Below, piece after piece: positions 34,632 to 43,269 of a DNA stretch of 64,000 nt (position 1 is the first letter of the stretch; each line of letters opens with the position of its first letter). The DNA is from Verrucomicrobiia bacterium. GTDB lineage: Bacteria > Patescibacteriota > Saccharimonadia > Saccharimonadales > JAGQNK01. Location of the stretch: contig DATHJY010000013.1 of the NCBI GenBank assembly GCA_035489575.1, forward strand, positions 91,346 through 155,345, in the 5' to 3' direction. Below the pieces are notes generated by a model. The model saw only the letters and a program-made list of their open reading frames with translations. It was not told the DNA's origin and made no database searches. A program made the translations under genes and the position numbers.

Positions 34632-36161
34632 ATGGCTACCTTAAAAGAACTGCGCGACGAACGCTTACGAAAACTAGAAGAGCTAAAAAAGCTCGACATC
34701 AACCCATACCCGGCCACCACCTCCAGAACCCACACAGCCCAAGAAGTCGCTGACAAGTTCGAGGAACTGCAGGGACAAACCGTCACGCTCGATGGTCGTC
34801 TTATAAATACCCGCAAATTTGGCAAGATCGCTTTCTTTGTACTAAAAGACGCATCCGCAACCATCCAACTCTTCCTCAAGCATGACACCCTAGCAGGTCT
34901 AGAGGCGCCAAACAGTCAGCTTGGCTTTGAGCAGATCAATTTGCTAGACCCTGGTGATTTTATCGAGGCCACCGGACCTGTCATAAAGACGCAAACCGGA
35001 GAAATATCTATCGACGTGCAGAAGCTTCGGGTGCTAACCAAGTCGCTCCGGCCCATGCCCACAGAGCAAGACGGCTTCACTAATAAAGAAGAACGCCTCC
35101 GCCGACGCTACATAGACACAAATGTTAATAAGGACGTTTACGAGCGTTATCTGCGGCGCAGTACCTTTTGGCAAGCAACACGCCACTTCTTATTAGATGA
35201 AGGATTTGTAGAAATAAACATTCCCGTGCTAGAACTCACCACCGGTGGGGCAGACGCCACGCCGTTTGTCACCCATATGGACGCCCTAGACCAAGATTTC
35301 TACCTGCGTATTAGTCACGAGCTACCACTGAAGCGGCTGCTGGTCGGGGGATACGAAAAAGTATTTGATATCGGCCCACGTTTTCGCAACGAGAACTATA
35401 GCGACGAACACCTGCCAGAGCATGTGGCAATGGAATGGTACTGGGCTTATGCCGACTGGGAAAAGGGCATGGAACTAACTGAAAGACTGGTACGTGCTAT
35501 CGCCGATAAGACCTGGGGCAAGCGTGCATTCAAGCTCGCCAACGGCATGGATCTAGACCTAGGAACCGATGACCAGAAGTGGCCACGTATTAGCTTTGTA
35601 GATGTAATCCAAGAGCACTACGGCCTGGACGTCTTCACCTGTACGCTTGACCAAGTCAAAGAACAGCTCAAGAACCATCAGATAGAAGTAGAAAAAACCG
35701 AGAACCGCTCTCGTGGCATAGATAAGCTCTGGAAAAAAGTACGCACGACTATTGCCGGACCCGCCTTTTTGGTAGACATACCCACCTTTTTACAACCGCT
35801 GGCCAAAACCCAGTCCGGCAAGCCGGAGCTGACCGAGCAGTTCAACTTGCTCCTTGGCGGCAGCGAACTCTGCAAGGCCTATTCAGAGCTGAACGACCCA
35901 GTAGATCAGCTCAATCGCTTCAAAGAGCAGCAAGCCCTTCGTGACGCCGGTGATGACGAGGCCATGATGCTCGACGTTGATTATGTAGAAGCGTTGGAGT
36001 ACGCCATGCCACCAGCCTGCGGCTTTGGATTCTCGGAGCGCTTATTCTGGTACCTAGAAGGCGTAACCGCCCGCGAAGGCGTGGTCTTCCCCCAGCTCAG
36101 AAGGGAAGTAGACGAAGTCACCAAAACCATCTATCCCGAACTGTATAAAGACAAAAGTTGA
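34632..36161 (+). CDS. lysS: Lysine--tRNA ligase, class II
   Basis: Frame of ORF 34584..36161; ATG 34632 (MATLKELRDERLRKLEELKKLDINPYP). OB-fold region: VTLDGRLINTRKFGKIAFFVLKDASATIQLF. Class II motifs: FRNE, ELNDP, GFGFSERL. Confidence 0.9.
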   Translation: MATLKELRDERLRKLEELKKLDINPYPATTSRTHTAQEVADKFEELQGQTVTLDGRLINTRKFGKIAFFVLKDASATIQLFLKHDTLAGLEAPNSQLGFEQINLLDPGDFIEATGPVIKTQTGEISIDVQKLRVLTKSLRPMPTEQDGFTNKEERLRRRYIDTNVNKDVYERYLRRSTFWQATRHFLLDEGFVEINIPVLELTTGGADATPFVTHMDALDQDFYLRISHELPLKRLLVGGYEKVFDIGPRFRNENYSDEHLPEHVAMEWYWAYADWEKGMELTERLVRAIADKTWGKRAFKLANGMDLDLGTDDQKWPRISFVDVIQEHYGLDVFTCTLDQVKEQLKNHQIEVEKTENRSRGIDKLWKKVRTTIAGPAFLVDIPTFLQPLAKTQSGKPELTEQFNLLLGGSELCKAYSELNDPVDQLNRFKEQQALRDAGDDEAMMLDVDYVEALEYAMPPACGFGFSERLFWYLEGVTAREGVVFPQLRREVDEVTKTIYPELYKDKS

Positions 36162-36163
36162 AA

Positions 36164-36216
36164 CCCTCCGACCAGTGATAAGCATTGGCTTCGCCAATGA
36201 GTATGTAGTCGGAGGG
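36164..36216. terminator. Hairpin CCCTCCGAC-(35 nt)-GTCGGAGGG between convergent lysS and the G+C-rich membrane gene; copy 1 of 2
   Basis: 9-bp perfect arms at 36164-36172 and 36208-36216. The flanks AAACCCTCCGACC ... GTCGGAGGGTA are shared with the copy at 36782-36836. Confidence 0.45.
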
Positions 36217-36229
36217 TAATGGTGTTCTG

Positions 36230-36595
36230 TCAGCGATCGCAGCTGCAGCGCGTGCTGCGCAGATGGGCGTGGTAGTTGACGAAGCAGTTAACCAAAATCA
36301 TGGCCCATAGACCTTCGATGTCGTGCGCGAGCGCACAGATCAACCCGATCAGCAGGTAGCCCGCGGCGTAATGCGCCCCGTGCACCAGAGGCAGCATGGC
36401 CGAACCCTCTCGGACGCGCATAGCACCCCACGCCACCAGGATGAAGGCCCACAGGCCGCCAGCGTTGTGATCGCCCAAGACGGCCAACAGGATGGCCAGC
36501 AGCCCTCCCACGTAGGTCAAAAAGACCGCCTTGGTCATCGCATCGATGGAGCTGAGCCAGCTCGTCGCGTGGTCACTATCGTTTGCTGTGGTCAC
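36230..36595 (-). CDS. Small polytopic membrane protein (G+C-rich), paralog 1
   Basis: Frame of ORF 36230..36667; GTG 36595 lies 3 nt after AGGAGGG. ...GGLWAFILVAWGAMRV...GLWAMILVNCFVN is paralogous to 36855..37187. Confidence 0.5.
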   Translation of the reverse strand: MTTANDSDHATSWLSSIDAMTKAVFLTYVGGLLAILLAVLGDHNAGGLWAFILVAWGAMRVREGSAMLPLVHGAHYAAGYLLIGLICALAHDIEGLWAMILVNCFVNYHAHLRSTRCSCDR

Positions 36596-36781
36596 AATCC
36601 CTCCTAGGGATATACGCTGGATACGGTAGAAACCCGTGGACCAACTCGGCCCGAGCACTGATGACATATCAAACTACAAGAACACCTTGCTTAAAACAGA
36701 AGTTAGAGACTTATGCTAAGCGTAGATATTATAGAACTTTTTACCATACCCATCCATAAATATGTCTAATAAAGAATTAAA

Positions 36782-36836
36782 CCCTCCGACCTGTCATACA
36801 GTATTGGCCGAAGCCGCATGCAGAAAAGTCGGAGGG
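36782..36836. terminator. Hairpin CCCTCCGAC-(37 nt)-GTCGGAGGG; copy 2 of 2
   Basis: 9-bp perfect arms at 36782-36790 and 36828-36836, directly 3-prime of gene 36855..37187. Confidence 0.45.
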
Positions 36837-36854
36837 TATAGGTGTGGTGGTGGG

Positions 36855-37187
36855 CTAGTCGCTCAGTCCATCGACCAACGCGTCGGCGAGCCAGTTGACC
36901 AAGATCATGGCCCACAGCGGCTGAACGCTCTCCACGTAAACGCAGATGACGCCGATGACGGCGTAGCCAGCAGCCATGGCTGCGCCGTAGAGCAGAGGGG
37001 AAACCTCGCCCTTACGATCGATCTCCTGAACGCCCCAGGCCACCAGGATGAGGGCCCACAACGCACCTGCGTTGCTGGTCTCGATGGCGGCGACGCCGAT
37101 GGCGGCCACGCCAGCGACAAGAACCAGCAGCCTCGCAGCCATTGCGCTGTTCGCGGACTGCCGCGGGGTATTGTCAGTGGTGTCCAC
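36855..37187 (-). CDS. Small polytopic membrane protein (G+C-rich), paralog 2
   Basis: GTG start lies 6 nt after GAAGGAG. ...AGALWALILVAWGVQEI...PLWAMILVNWLAD. Confidence 0.5.
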   Translation of the reverse strand: MDTTDNTPRQSANSAMAARLLVLVAGVAAIGVAAIETSNAGALWALILVAWGVQEIDRKGEVSPLLYGAAMAAGYAVIGVICVYVESVQPLWAMILVNWLADALVDGLSD

Positions 37188-37280
37188 TACGGACTCCTTC
37201 TGATTCGGGGTCAGTCATGCTGACCGTTCCAACAAGAACACCTCACTTGCAGGTAGCTTGTACCAGTATCAAGCAGGGAT

Positions 37281-37309
37281 ATAATAGAATTAATTTTCTA
37301 TATTGGCAA
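37281..37309 (-). promoter_or_regulatory. Promoter TTGCCA-17-TATTAT (minus strand) upstream of the G+C-rich paralog 2
   Basis: On the minus strand, TTGCCA is at 37309-37304, the spacer is 17 nt, and TATTAT is at 37286-37281. Confidence 0.45.
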
Positions 37310-37310
37310 T

Positions 37311-37586
37311 TTAGTTATCTTTTTTGATAAGCTTGTAGGTTTTGTCTAAGTAAATCAGATTTTGTATGAGCTGTTGCAGCACCGCTGCCTCGGCACGGTT
37401 CTCTACGGTCAGCTCATCACTAATAGAATCGAGCAAGGTAGCCAAAGTTATAAAATAATCACCAGATCGTACGTGGACGATAAGATCCTCTAGCTCACGA
37501 GTGTCGCTACCATCGTGAAGAAGCCAGGTGGGTGCCGAATCATGTGCCAACACCGCCGAAGGGGGATCTAGCGCATAATCAGCCAC
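37311..37586 (-). CDS. Small hypothetical protein (91 aa) downstream of radC
   Basis: Frame of ORF 37311..37673. GTG 37586 overlaps the radC stop (cGTGGCTGA). The sequence reads MADYALDPPSAVLAHDSAPTWLLHDGSDTRELEDLIVHV... Confidence 0.35.
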   Translation of the reverse strand: MADYALDPPSAVLAHDSAPTWLLHDGSDTRELEDLIVHVRSGDYFITLATLLDSISDELTVENRAEAAVLQQLIQNLIYLDKTYKLIKKDN

Positions 37587-38337
37587 GGGGCGTCTCTTCC
37601 ATAATGCTGGCGAATGAATCTTGGTTGATAATAAGGTGATCCAGAATATCAATACCCAACACCCGGCCGGCATCCACCAGCTGGGCAGTGACTATACGGT
37701 CAGCGGCTGTGGGCTCTAGGCTGCCAGAAGGATGGTTATGAGCAATGATAATTGCCACAGCGCCATAGATAAGCGCAGGCTGAAATACTTCGCGGGGGTG
37801 CACGATGTTTGCTGTCAGGCTGCCTACCGAGATGACCTCGTCATGGATAACTTCATGGCGGCTATTTAAATAGAGTCCCCGAAGTTGTTCCTTCTGGCTG
37901 GTGCCCATGTCCTTGAGGTACACATGAGCCTGCTTGGCGCTGCGTACATAGGTAGCCTTGCCTTGCCGGCTCAAGAAGTATCGGCGGCCCAGCTCAAAGC
38001 TGGCAACTATTTGACAGGCCTTGCCAAGGGGAATATTGAGCGCCTCCGATAGCTTGGCCGGGTCGGTCTCGTTCATGATGGCAGTCTCGCCGTATTCTTT
38101 GAGGATGCGGTGGGCCATAGACAAGACATTTTCTTTTCTAGTGCCCACATTCAGGAGTACCGCTACTAGCTCGGCCACGCCAAGAGCCTTTGGGCCGAGC
38201 AGTTGCAACTTTTCCCGCGGCTTTTCATCGGTGGGTAGGTCGCTGAGGGGTGTCAGCTCATATTCTTTTTCACCATCTGCAAGCATGAAGATCCCTCGGT
38301 CATGCAAAAGATATTTTTCGTCTACCACCAATGTCAT
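37579..38337 (-). CDS. radC: RadC-like JAB/MPN domain protein
   Basis: EKPREKLQLLGPKALGVAELVAVLLNVG...IIAHNHPSGSLEPTAADRIVTAQL...ILDHLII. TATAAT (38349-38344, minus) lies 6 nt before ATG 38337, consistent with a leaderless mRNA. Confidence 0.8.
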   Translation of the reverse strand: MTLVVDEKYLLHDRGIFMLADGEKEYELTPLSDLPTDEKPREKLQLLGPKALGVAELVAVLLNVGTRKENVLSMAHRILKEYGETAIMNETDPAKLSEALNIPLGKACQIVASFELGRRYFLSRQGKATYVRSAKQAHVYLKDMGTSQKEQLRGLYLNSRHEVIHDEVISVGSLTANIVHPREVFQPALIYGAVAIIIAHNHPSGSLEPTAADRIVTAQLVDAGRVLGIDILDHLIINQDSFASIMEETPRG

Positions 38338-38636
38338 GGCGGCATTATAGCAAGCGGTTTTGTGAGGACTCTATCGCAATGGACTTGGCTTAATCTTTAT
38401 TTAACAATCCGAATATAGTCAGGTATTAGAGTTGAGTTTTGTAATAAGCAGTAAGTACTCCTGATTTGAAGTCATCGTTGTCTACACGATCCTAAAGCTA
38501 TCCGTGCAGAAAGGTTCGTAGCATTCTCTTCTGTAAAGTGAATATAGCGCATGATTTTGAAGCAACCATAACAGCCTATCGGGCACATCAAAACAGTCTA
38601 GTATAGTATCAAGTAACGCTTAAAGGAGTAGCCTGG

Positions 38637-38969
38637 ATGAACTTCGATCAAATCGTCAGTAGAGCACTAGAGCTAAGAGAGAAGTACGACCAACTAAATG
38701 AAACGCAACGCGGTGTCCGCTGGAACGAACAGCAGTTAATGGCAGGATTCGTAGGAGACGTGGGTGATCTGTCAAAAATCATCATGGCCAAGAGCGGCCT
38801 GCGTGCTATGGACGATGTAGATAAAAAACTAACACACGAGCTCAGTGACTGCCTTTGGTCCATCCTTGTCATAGCCAGCAAGTACAAAATTGACCTGGCA
38901 ACAGAGTTTATGAAGACAATGGATGAACTCGACGCCCGAATCAAAAATGAACTAGCATCAGAAGGATAA
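38637..38969 (+). CDS. MazG-like nucleotide pyrophosphohydrolase (small all-alpha NTP-PPase)
   Basis: ...MAGFVGDVGDLSKIIM...LTHELSDCLWSILVIASKYKIDL shows the E/D-rich helices typical of the MazG-like family. AAAGGAG is present upstream. Confidence 0.6.
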   Translation: MNFDQIVSRALELREKYDQLNETQRGVRWNEQQLMAGFVGDVGDLSKIIMAKSGLRAMDDVDKKLTHELSDCLWSILVIASKYKIDLATEFMKTMDELDARIKNELASEG

Positions 38970-39066
38970 AACTCATCTTTAATTGAGAGTCTGCTGGCTT
39001 AAATATAGCTTTGCCACGATCACCGCCCCTTAACAATCACTTAATATTCTTGAGCTGTCGGGTAGA

Positions 39067-40293
39067 CTATTTATGGGTTTTAATCTTGGAGGTTAGCAGC
39101 AGAAACTCTTGATCTTTGGTTTTTGTAGCCTGCATCATGTCAAAGTCATTCCTCTCAAACTGCTCAATGAGCCCCGGGCCGTCGTGGTGCCAGTATCGCC
39201 AAACAGTGATCAACTGGCCTTTATTGATGTGGATATATTTGAAACCTTGTGGGAAGGTAAACTTTACCGTGAGTGCCATCTTGGGGGTTATACTGATGGA
39301 TCTGGCTTGTTTCTTTTCGTCGAAATTTTGCACGACATCGTAAAGATCTTCGTCGATGTTCAAAAAATCTAGAATCATTCTGTGGTTATATGCAAGCTTC
39401 TGATTTGCGGAGGTGGTGAAATCAAAATAACGTCGCGAATTAACAGTATCAAGCTTGGCACTATATACAAGCAAATCGTTGATGCCCAAACTGTTATTAA
39501 TGGCCCACAACGCCTGATCCGGAGTCCTGAGATTGCCCAGGGTTGCCCCTAGCAACAGTACTATATTTACTGGCGTATCGCTTTCATCTTTACCAATAGC
39601 ATCTTCGGTGAATAAATCGTCAAATCGTTCCCGGCTAAAGTCCCGAGCATACCCCTCGAACTTAACTCGACCGTCAAACCACGTGCCGATATTCTTCTCC
39701 GCAATCTGCAGCATTTCCTTGCTGATGTCAAGAGTAACGTACCGCTTCAACTTTCCAAGCTTAAGGAAATGCTCAAGGAGTCCCTTTGCTGGCATGCCGT
39801 TTCCAGGCCCTAGGTCTACAATGTTGACATACTTATGGCCCCCAACCAGATGGTCTAATGTATCAGTGCTAGCCCCTAGCAGGTCAATGGTTGCTGTCAG
39901 CATATTACGAGTGCCTTCATTGGCAAGCCGGTTTGCGTAATCATCCCAGTAGGTCGCCCCACCATTAACATAGCTGTACGGCAGAGGTATCTCGTGATGA
40001 ATGGTGAGATGAGAAATAATATCTAGTATCTGTTTGTGGTCAAACGTCTCGTAAAACTCAGGCTTGGGCGAGATAGTTTTGAGTGCACGCTTGTTTTTGT
40101 ATTTTCTGCCTTTCTCAATGAGTTGCTCTATGAGGATAGTATTCTTGGTGACATTGGCCACATAGAAGCGTCCCTCTTTTTCGTGTAATTGTAAGTCTAG
40201 CTTGCCTTCTTGAGTAGCCTGAACCCAATTGCGTACAGATTTCTCTGAGACATTATAGATCTTTGCTAATTCGGTATTCTTAAAAAACTTCAT
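39067..40293 (-). CDS. HTH domain fused to an EgtD-fold (histidine N-alpha-methyltransferase-like) SAM-dependent methyltransferase
   Basis: N-terminal HTH: NTELAKIYNVSEKSVRNWV. Methyltransferase core: NIVDLGPGNGMPAKGLLEHF...YVTLDISKEMLQIA...LLLGATLGNLRTPDQALWAI...LLVYSAKLD... follows the EgtD-family block order. Confidence 0.5.
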   Translation of the reverse strand: MKFFKNTELAKIYNVSEKSVRNWVQATQEGKLDLQLHEKEGRFYVANVTKNTILIEQLIEKGRKYKNKRALKTISPKPEFYETFDHKQILDIISHLTIHHEIPLPYSYVNGGATYWDDYANRLANEGTRNMLTATIDLLGASTDTLDHLVGGHKYVNIVDLGPGNGMPAKGLLEHFLKLGKLKRYVTLDISKEMLQIAEKNIGTWFDGRVKFEGYARDFSRERFDDLFTEDAIGKDESDTPVNIVLLLGATLGNLRTPDQALWAINNSLGINDLLVYSAKLDTVNSRRYFDFTTSANQKLAYNHRMILDFLNIDEDLYDVVQNFDEKKQARSISITPKMALTVKFTFPQGFKYIHINKGQLITVWRYWHHDGPGLIEQFERNDFDMMQATKTKDQEFLLLTSKIKTHK

Positions 40294-40345
40294 TGATACT
40301 CCACAATTATCTTAGTACACCAGCCTCAAGAACATAAAAAAAATG

Positions 40346-40375
40346 TTGACATGTTCCGATTTTAAAACGTATCAT
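40346..40375 (+). promoter_or_regulatory. Promoter TTGACA-18-TATCAT
   Basis: TTGACA at 40346-40351 and TATCAT at 40370-40375. It would give a leader of about 140 nt before ATG 40523. Confidence 0.5.
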
Positions 40376-40403
40376 GACTGTAAAGCACCTTTGCAGACGA
40401 CTT

Positions 40404-40446
40404 TCTTGGAGAGAAGGGAGCTGTTCTGCATTGAATCTCTCCAAGA
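40404..40446 (+). promoter_or_regulatory. Leader hairpin (11-bp perfect stem, 21-nt loop)
   Basis: TCTTGGAGAGA (40404-40414) pairs with TCTCTCCAAGA (40436-40446). Confidence 0.4.
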
Positions 40447-40522
40447 TCAGTCAATGATACGAACACATAAGGTAACATTGTAACATATAGAACGAGCCAA
40501 GCTCGGGAAAGAGGGAAGACTT

Positions 40523-40966
40523 ATGAGCACCACACTGTTTGGAGAAGGCGGGGTACAGGACTACAAAGCAGCACCTGATTTTTGGATGGTTTATACACCA
40601 AAAGCTGGCTCAGAGGCTTTTACTAATGTGTTGCATGCGTTGTACTATTTGCCAGAGAATTACAAGCTCATGATCATGACCGCGGATGTGACCACAGATG
40701 AGCTGGCGCCACTAGTAGAGTGCATAGATCTCATGAAGCGCGTACGGTTCGAGACAACAACGGAGCTGCCAGCAGAGGCAACTCCGTTTTCATTTGGTCG
40801 GGCACTCGTATCAGACGAAGCTCAGCCGGCTAAGTCTTCTGTCCTAGTAACCTCCGAGGCTACCAGCGCCCTCAGCGGTGACTACAACTCGGGCTTTACG
40901 GTCCTGGCCCAAAGCCCACCAGCCCTGGCAAGCGCCATCCTGAAGATCGCCCACGCTACTGTTTAG
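40523..40966 (+). CDS. Hypothetical protein (147 aa)
   Basis: AGAGGGAAG lies upstream of the ATG. No family recognised. The 3-prime end overlaps the convergent otsA-otsB gene by 11 nt. Confidence 0.45.
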   Translation: MSTTLFGEGGVQDYKAAPDFWMVYTPKAGSEAFTNVLHALYYLPENYKLMIMTADVTTDELAPLVECIDLMKRVRFETTTELPAEATPFSFGRALVSDEAQPAKSSVLVTSEATSALSGDYNSGFTVLAQSPPALASAILKIAHATV

Positions 40967-43169
40967 GCTTCATTTCTACCTGCGCCAGTCTGAGCAACAG
41001 CTTGAGCACTTGCTCTATTGACACAATCTGATGCCGTGCTTCGGTACCGCCAAGTCCTACCTTTATGCTATTTGCTTCTTCGGGGAGCGCCCGAAACATG
41101 TCTTCGTCAGTGTAATCGTCGCCAATGGCCATGACAAAATCAGAAGGATACATAGCCTGTAAATCTTCGACCACAATCCCTTTATTGACGTTGCGGGGCT
41201 TGATCTCTATTACCTTTGCGCCATTGTGGACCAGGATATCACTGCCCGCCAGCAACTGCCGCAGCTCGTACCTCAGGCCTGCGTTGCGGGCATGGGCCAG
41301 TTCGGTAGGCACCGTACGGTAATGCCAGACAATAGCCGACTCTTTTTCTTCTATACGGGCACCGGGCGTCCGCTCGGCGTACTGCTCGAGTATAGGCATG
41401 ATGTGCTTACGATGTTCGTGAAGTGACGAAGGCTGCTGTGACCATTCGCCGTCATATTTCATAAAAGCGCCGTGTTCGGCAGCCAGCAGGACGGGTAATT
41501 CGCTAAACCACATCTCTAGTGCATCACGAGGGCGACCGCTAACAATACAAATGCGCGTATCGGGCAGCTGGGCCAGTTGGTGGAGCAGCTGGAGCAGTTG
41601 TTTGGGCGGGCGGGCCTGGGCGGGGTGGTGGCTGGCAGCAAATTTGCGCAAAGTACCGTCGTAATCCAAGAAAAGCAGCCGATTCTTGGCTTTTTGAAAT
41701 TGCCGGACAATTTTGTCTTCTCTCTCACGGGTGAGCAGTTTGTTGCTCTCTTGCGTCTGTGCCAACTTGGACTTTTGCAGCTGATCCATAAAGTCCGCCG
41801 CCCACCGCTGAACGGTATAGCGGGACAGGCGGCGCTGCATAGCCAACAGCCGGGCTCGCTTTTCTTTTTGGGACATCTTGAGAGCAATCTTGAGTGCCTG
41901 AACCACCGAGGCTGTGTCATTTGGATTGATACGCAGCGCCTCGGGCAGCTCGTCGACCGCACCGGTCATCTCGCTCAAGATCAGCACGCCTGAGGCTTTT
42001 TGTTTTGTGGCGATATACTCTTTTGCAACTAAATTCATGCCGTCTCTGAGAGGAGTCAACAGCGCAACGTCAGCCCGCGCCAATAGTGCGCTGATCTGCT
42101 CGAAGGGGAGATTCTTGAACTGATACGAAATAGGTGTCCAGTCCACTGTTCCGTAGTCACCATTGATACGACTTACCGCTTTTTCTATCTCGTTGCGGAG
42201 TTCTTTGTAGGTATCCACCTCTGTACGCGAAGGCACCGCCACCATGAGCAAGACAACTTTTTTATGCCACGAAGGTGCACTACGCAAAAACTGCTCGAAC
42301 GCTTCAAGACGCTTGAGGATACCCTTGGAATAATCAAGACGATCCATAGATATAATGATCTTTTGGCCATTGTAGTGCTCTTGCAGTTTCTGCAGCTCGA
42401 CCTTTGTTTGATCGTCCTCCAGTGAGTCAACCCATTTTTGATAGTCAATACCAATAGGGAAAGCATCTACCTTAACGATACGAGTGCCCTTTATGATAGA
42501 ACCACTGTCATTCTCTAGGCCAAGGACCCTCAGAACACTACTCAGAAAGTGACGAGCATAGTCATAAATATGAAAGCCAATCAGGTCAGCGCCCAACAGT
42601 CCTTGCAGAATCTCTTTTCTGTTTGGCAACTGTCGAAAGATCTCGTATGACGGGAAGGGAATGTGCAGGAAGAAGCCAATGGTAGCACCTGGCAACGCCT
42701 TTCTGATCAGCTGTGGCAGCAGCATGAGATGGTAGTCGTGGATCCAGATGGCTGAATCAGGTTCAGCCTTGCGTACAATCGCCCGCCGGAACACATCGTT
42801 AACTTCTTTGTAAGCCTGCCAGTAGGCAGCATCGTATTGGGCAAGTGACTGAAAATAATGAAAAAGTGGCCAGATAGTATCATTGGCATATCCGGCATAA
42901 AAGTTGTCGACCTGCGCTTTTGTCAGAAAAATGGGGTAGCATCCAAATGATTTGAGCTTGCGCGTAATGGCCGATTTGTCTTGAGATGTAAGATCGTCCG
43001 AGGCAATCCCAGGCCAGCCAATCCATATCCGGTCCTTAGCGTTGGAATCTAGGCTGGCCATAGCCTTGGCCAACCCGCCTGAACTAGAAGTAAATACAAG
43101 CTTGCCGTCTTCTTTAGAGACGCTAACTGGCAGCCTATTAGAAACGATAATAAACTTGGATCTCGCCAT
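40956..43169 (-). CDS. otsA: Bifunctional trehalose-6-phosphate synthase (GT20) / trehalose-phosphatase (HAD) fusion
   Basis: OtsA-type N-terminus: IIVSNRLPVSV...GGLAKAM...WIGWPG...NDTIWPLFHYF...WIHDYHLMLLP...FFLHIPFPSYEIFRQLP. C-terminal HAD region: LLFLDYDGTLRKF...IGDDYTDEDMF. Confidence 0.85.
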   Translation of the reverse strand: MARSKFIIVSNRLPVSVSKEDGKLVFTSSSGGLAKAMASLDSNAKDRIWIGWPGIASDDLTSQDKSAITRKLKSFGCYPIFLTKAQVDNFYAGYANDTIWPLFHYFQSLAQYDAAYWQAYKEVNDVFRRAIVRKAEPDSAIWIHDYHLMLLPQLIRKALPGATIGFFLHIPFPSYEIFRQLPNRKEILQGLLGADLIGFHIYDYARHFLSSVLRVLGLENDSGSIIKGTRIVKVDAFPIGIDYQKWVDSLEDDQTKVELQKLQEHYNGQKIIISMDRLDYSKGILKRLEAFEQFLRSAPSWHKKVVLLMVAVPSRTEVDTYKELRNEIEKAVSRINGDYGTVDWTPISYQFKNLPFEQISALLARADVALLTPLRDGMNLVAKEYIATKQKASGVLILSEMTGAVDELPEALRINPNDTASVVQALKIALKMSQKEKRARLLAMQRRLSRYTVQRWAADFMDQLQKSKLAQTQESNKLLTREREDKIVRQFQKAKNRLLFLDYDGTLRKFAASHHPAQARPPKQLLQLLHQLAQLPDTRICIVSGRPRDALEMWFSELPVLLAAEHGAFMKYDGEWSQQPSSLHEHRKHIMPILEQYAERTPGARIEEKESAIVWHYRTVPTELAHARNAGLRYELRQLLAGSDILVHNGAKVIEIKPRNVNKGIVVEDLQAMYPSDFVMAIGDDYTDEDMFRALPEEANSIKVGLGGTEARHQIVSIEQVLKLLLRLAQVEMKPKQ

Positions 43170-43269
43170 ATGCTTACTACCGGCTTAGTTCGCTCATGCT
43201 GAGTACACTATACGCCAGGTTCGACACACCAAGTATGTATTATCTTACAGACGTAATAAAATAGTAACA

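Noticed and set aside
34496-34888. 130-aa minus-strand ORF at the lysS 5-prime end
   Set aside because: It is antisense to the conserved LysRS N-terminus, with no start context or motifs.
41125-42898. Several 60-150-aa ORFs inside and antisense to the otsA-otsB gene
   Set aside because: They are nested within a 737-aa ORF with full GT20 and HAD motifs and have no independent signals.
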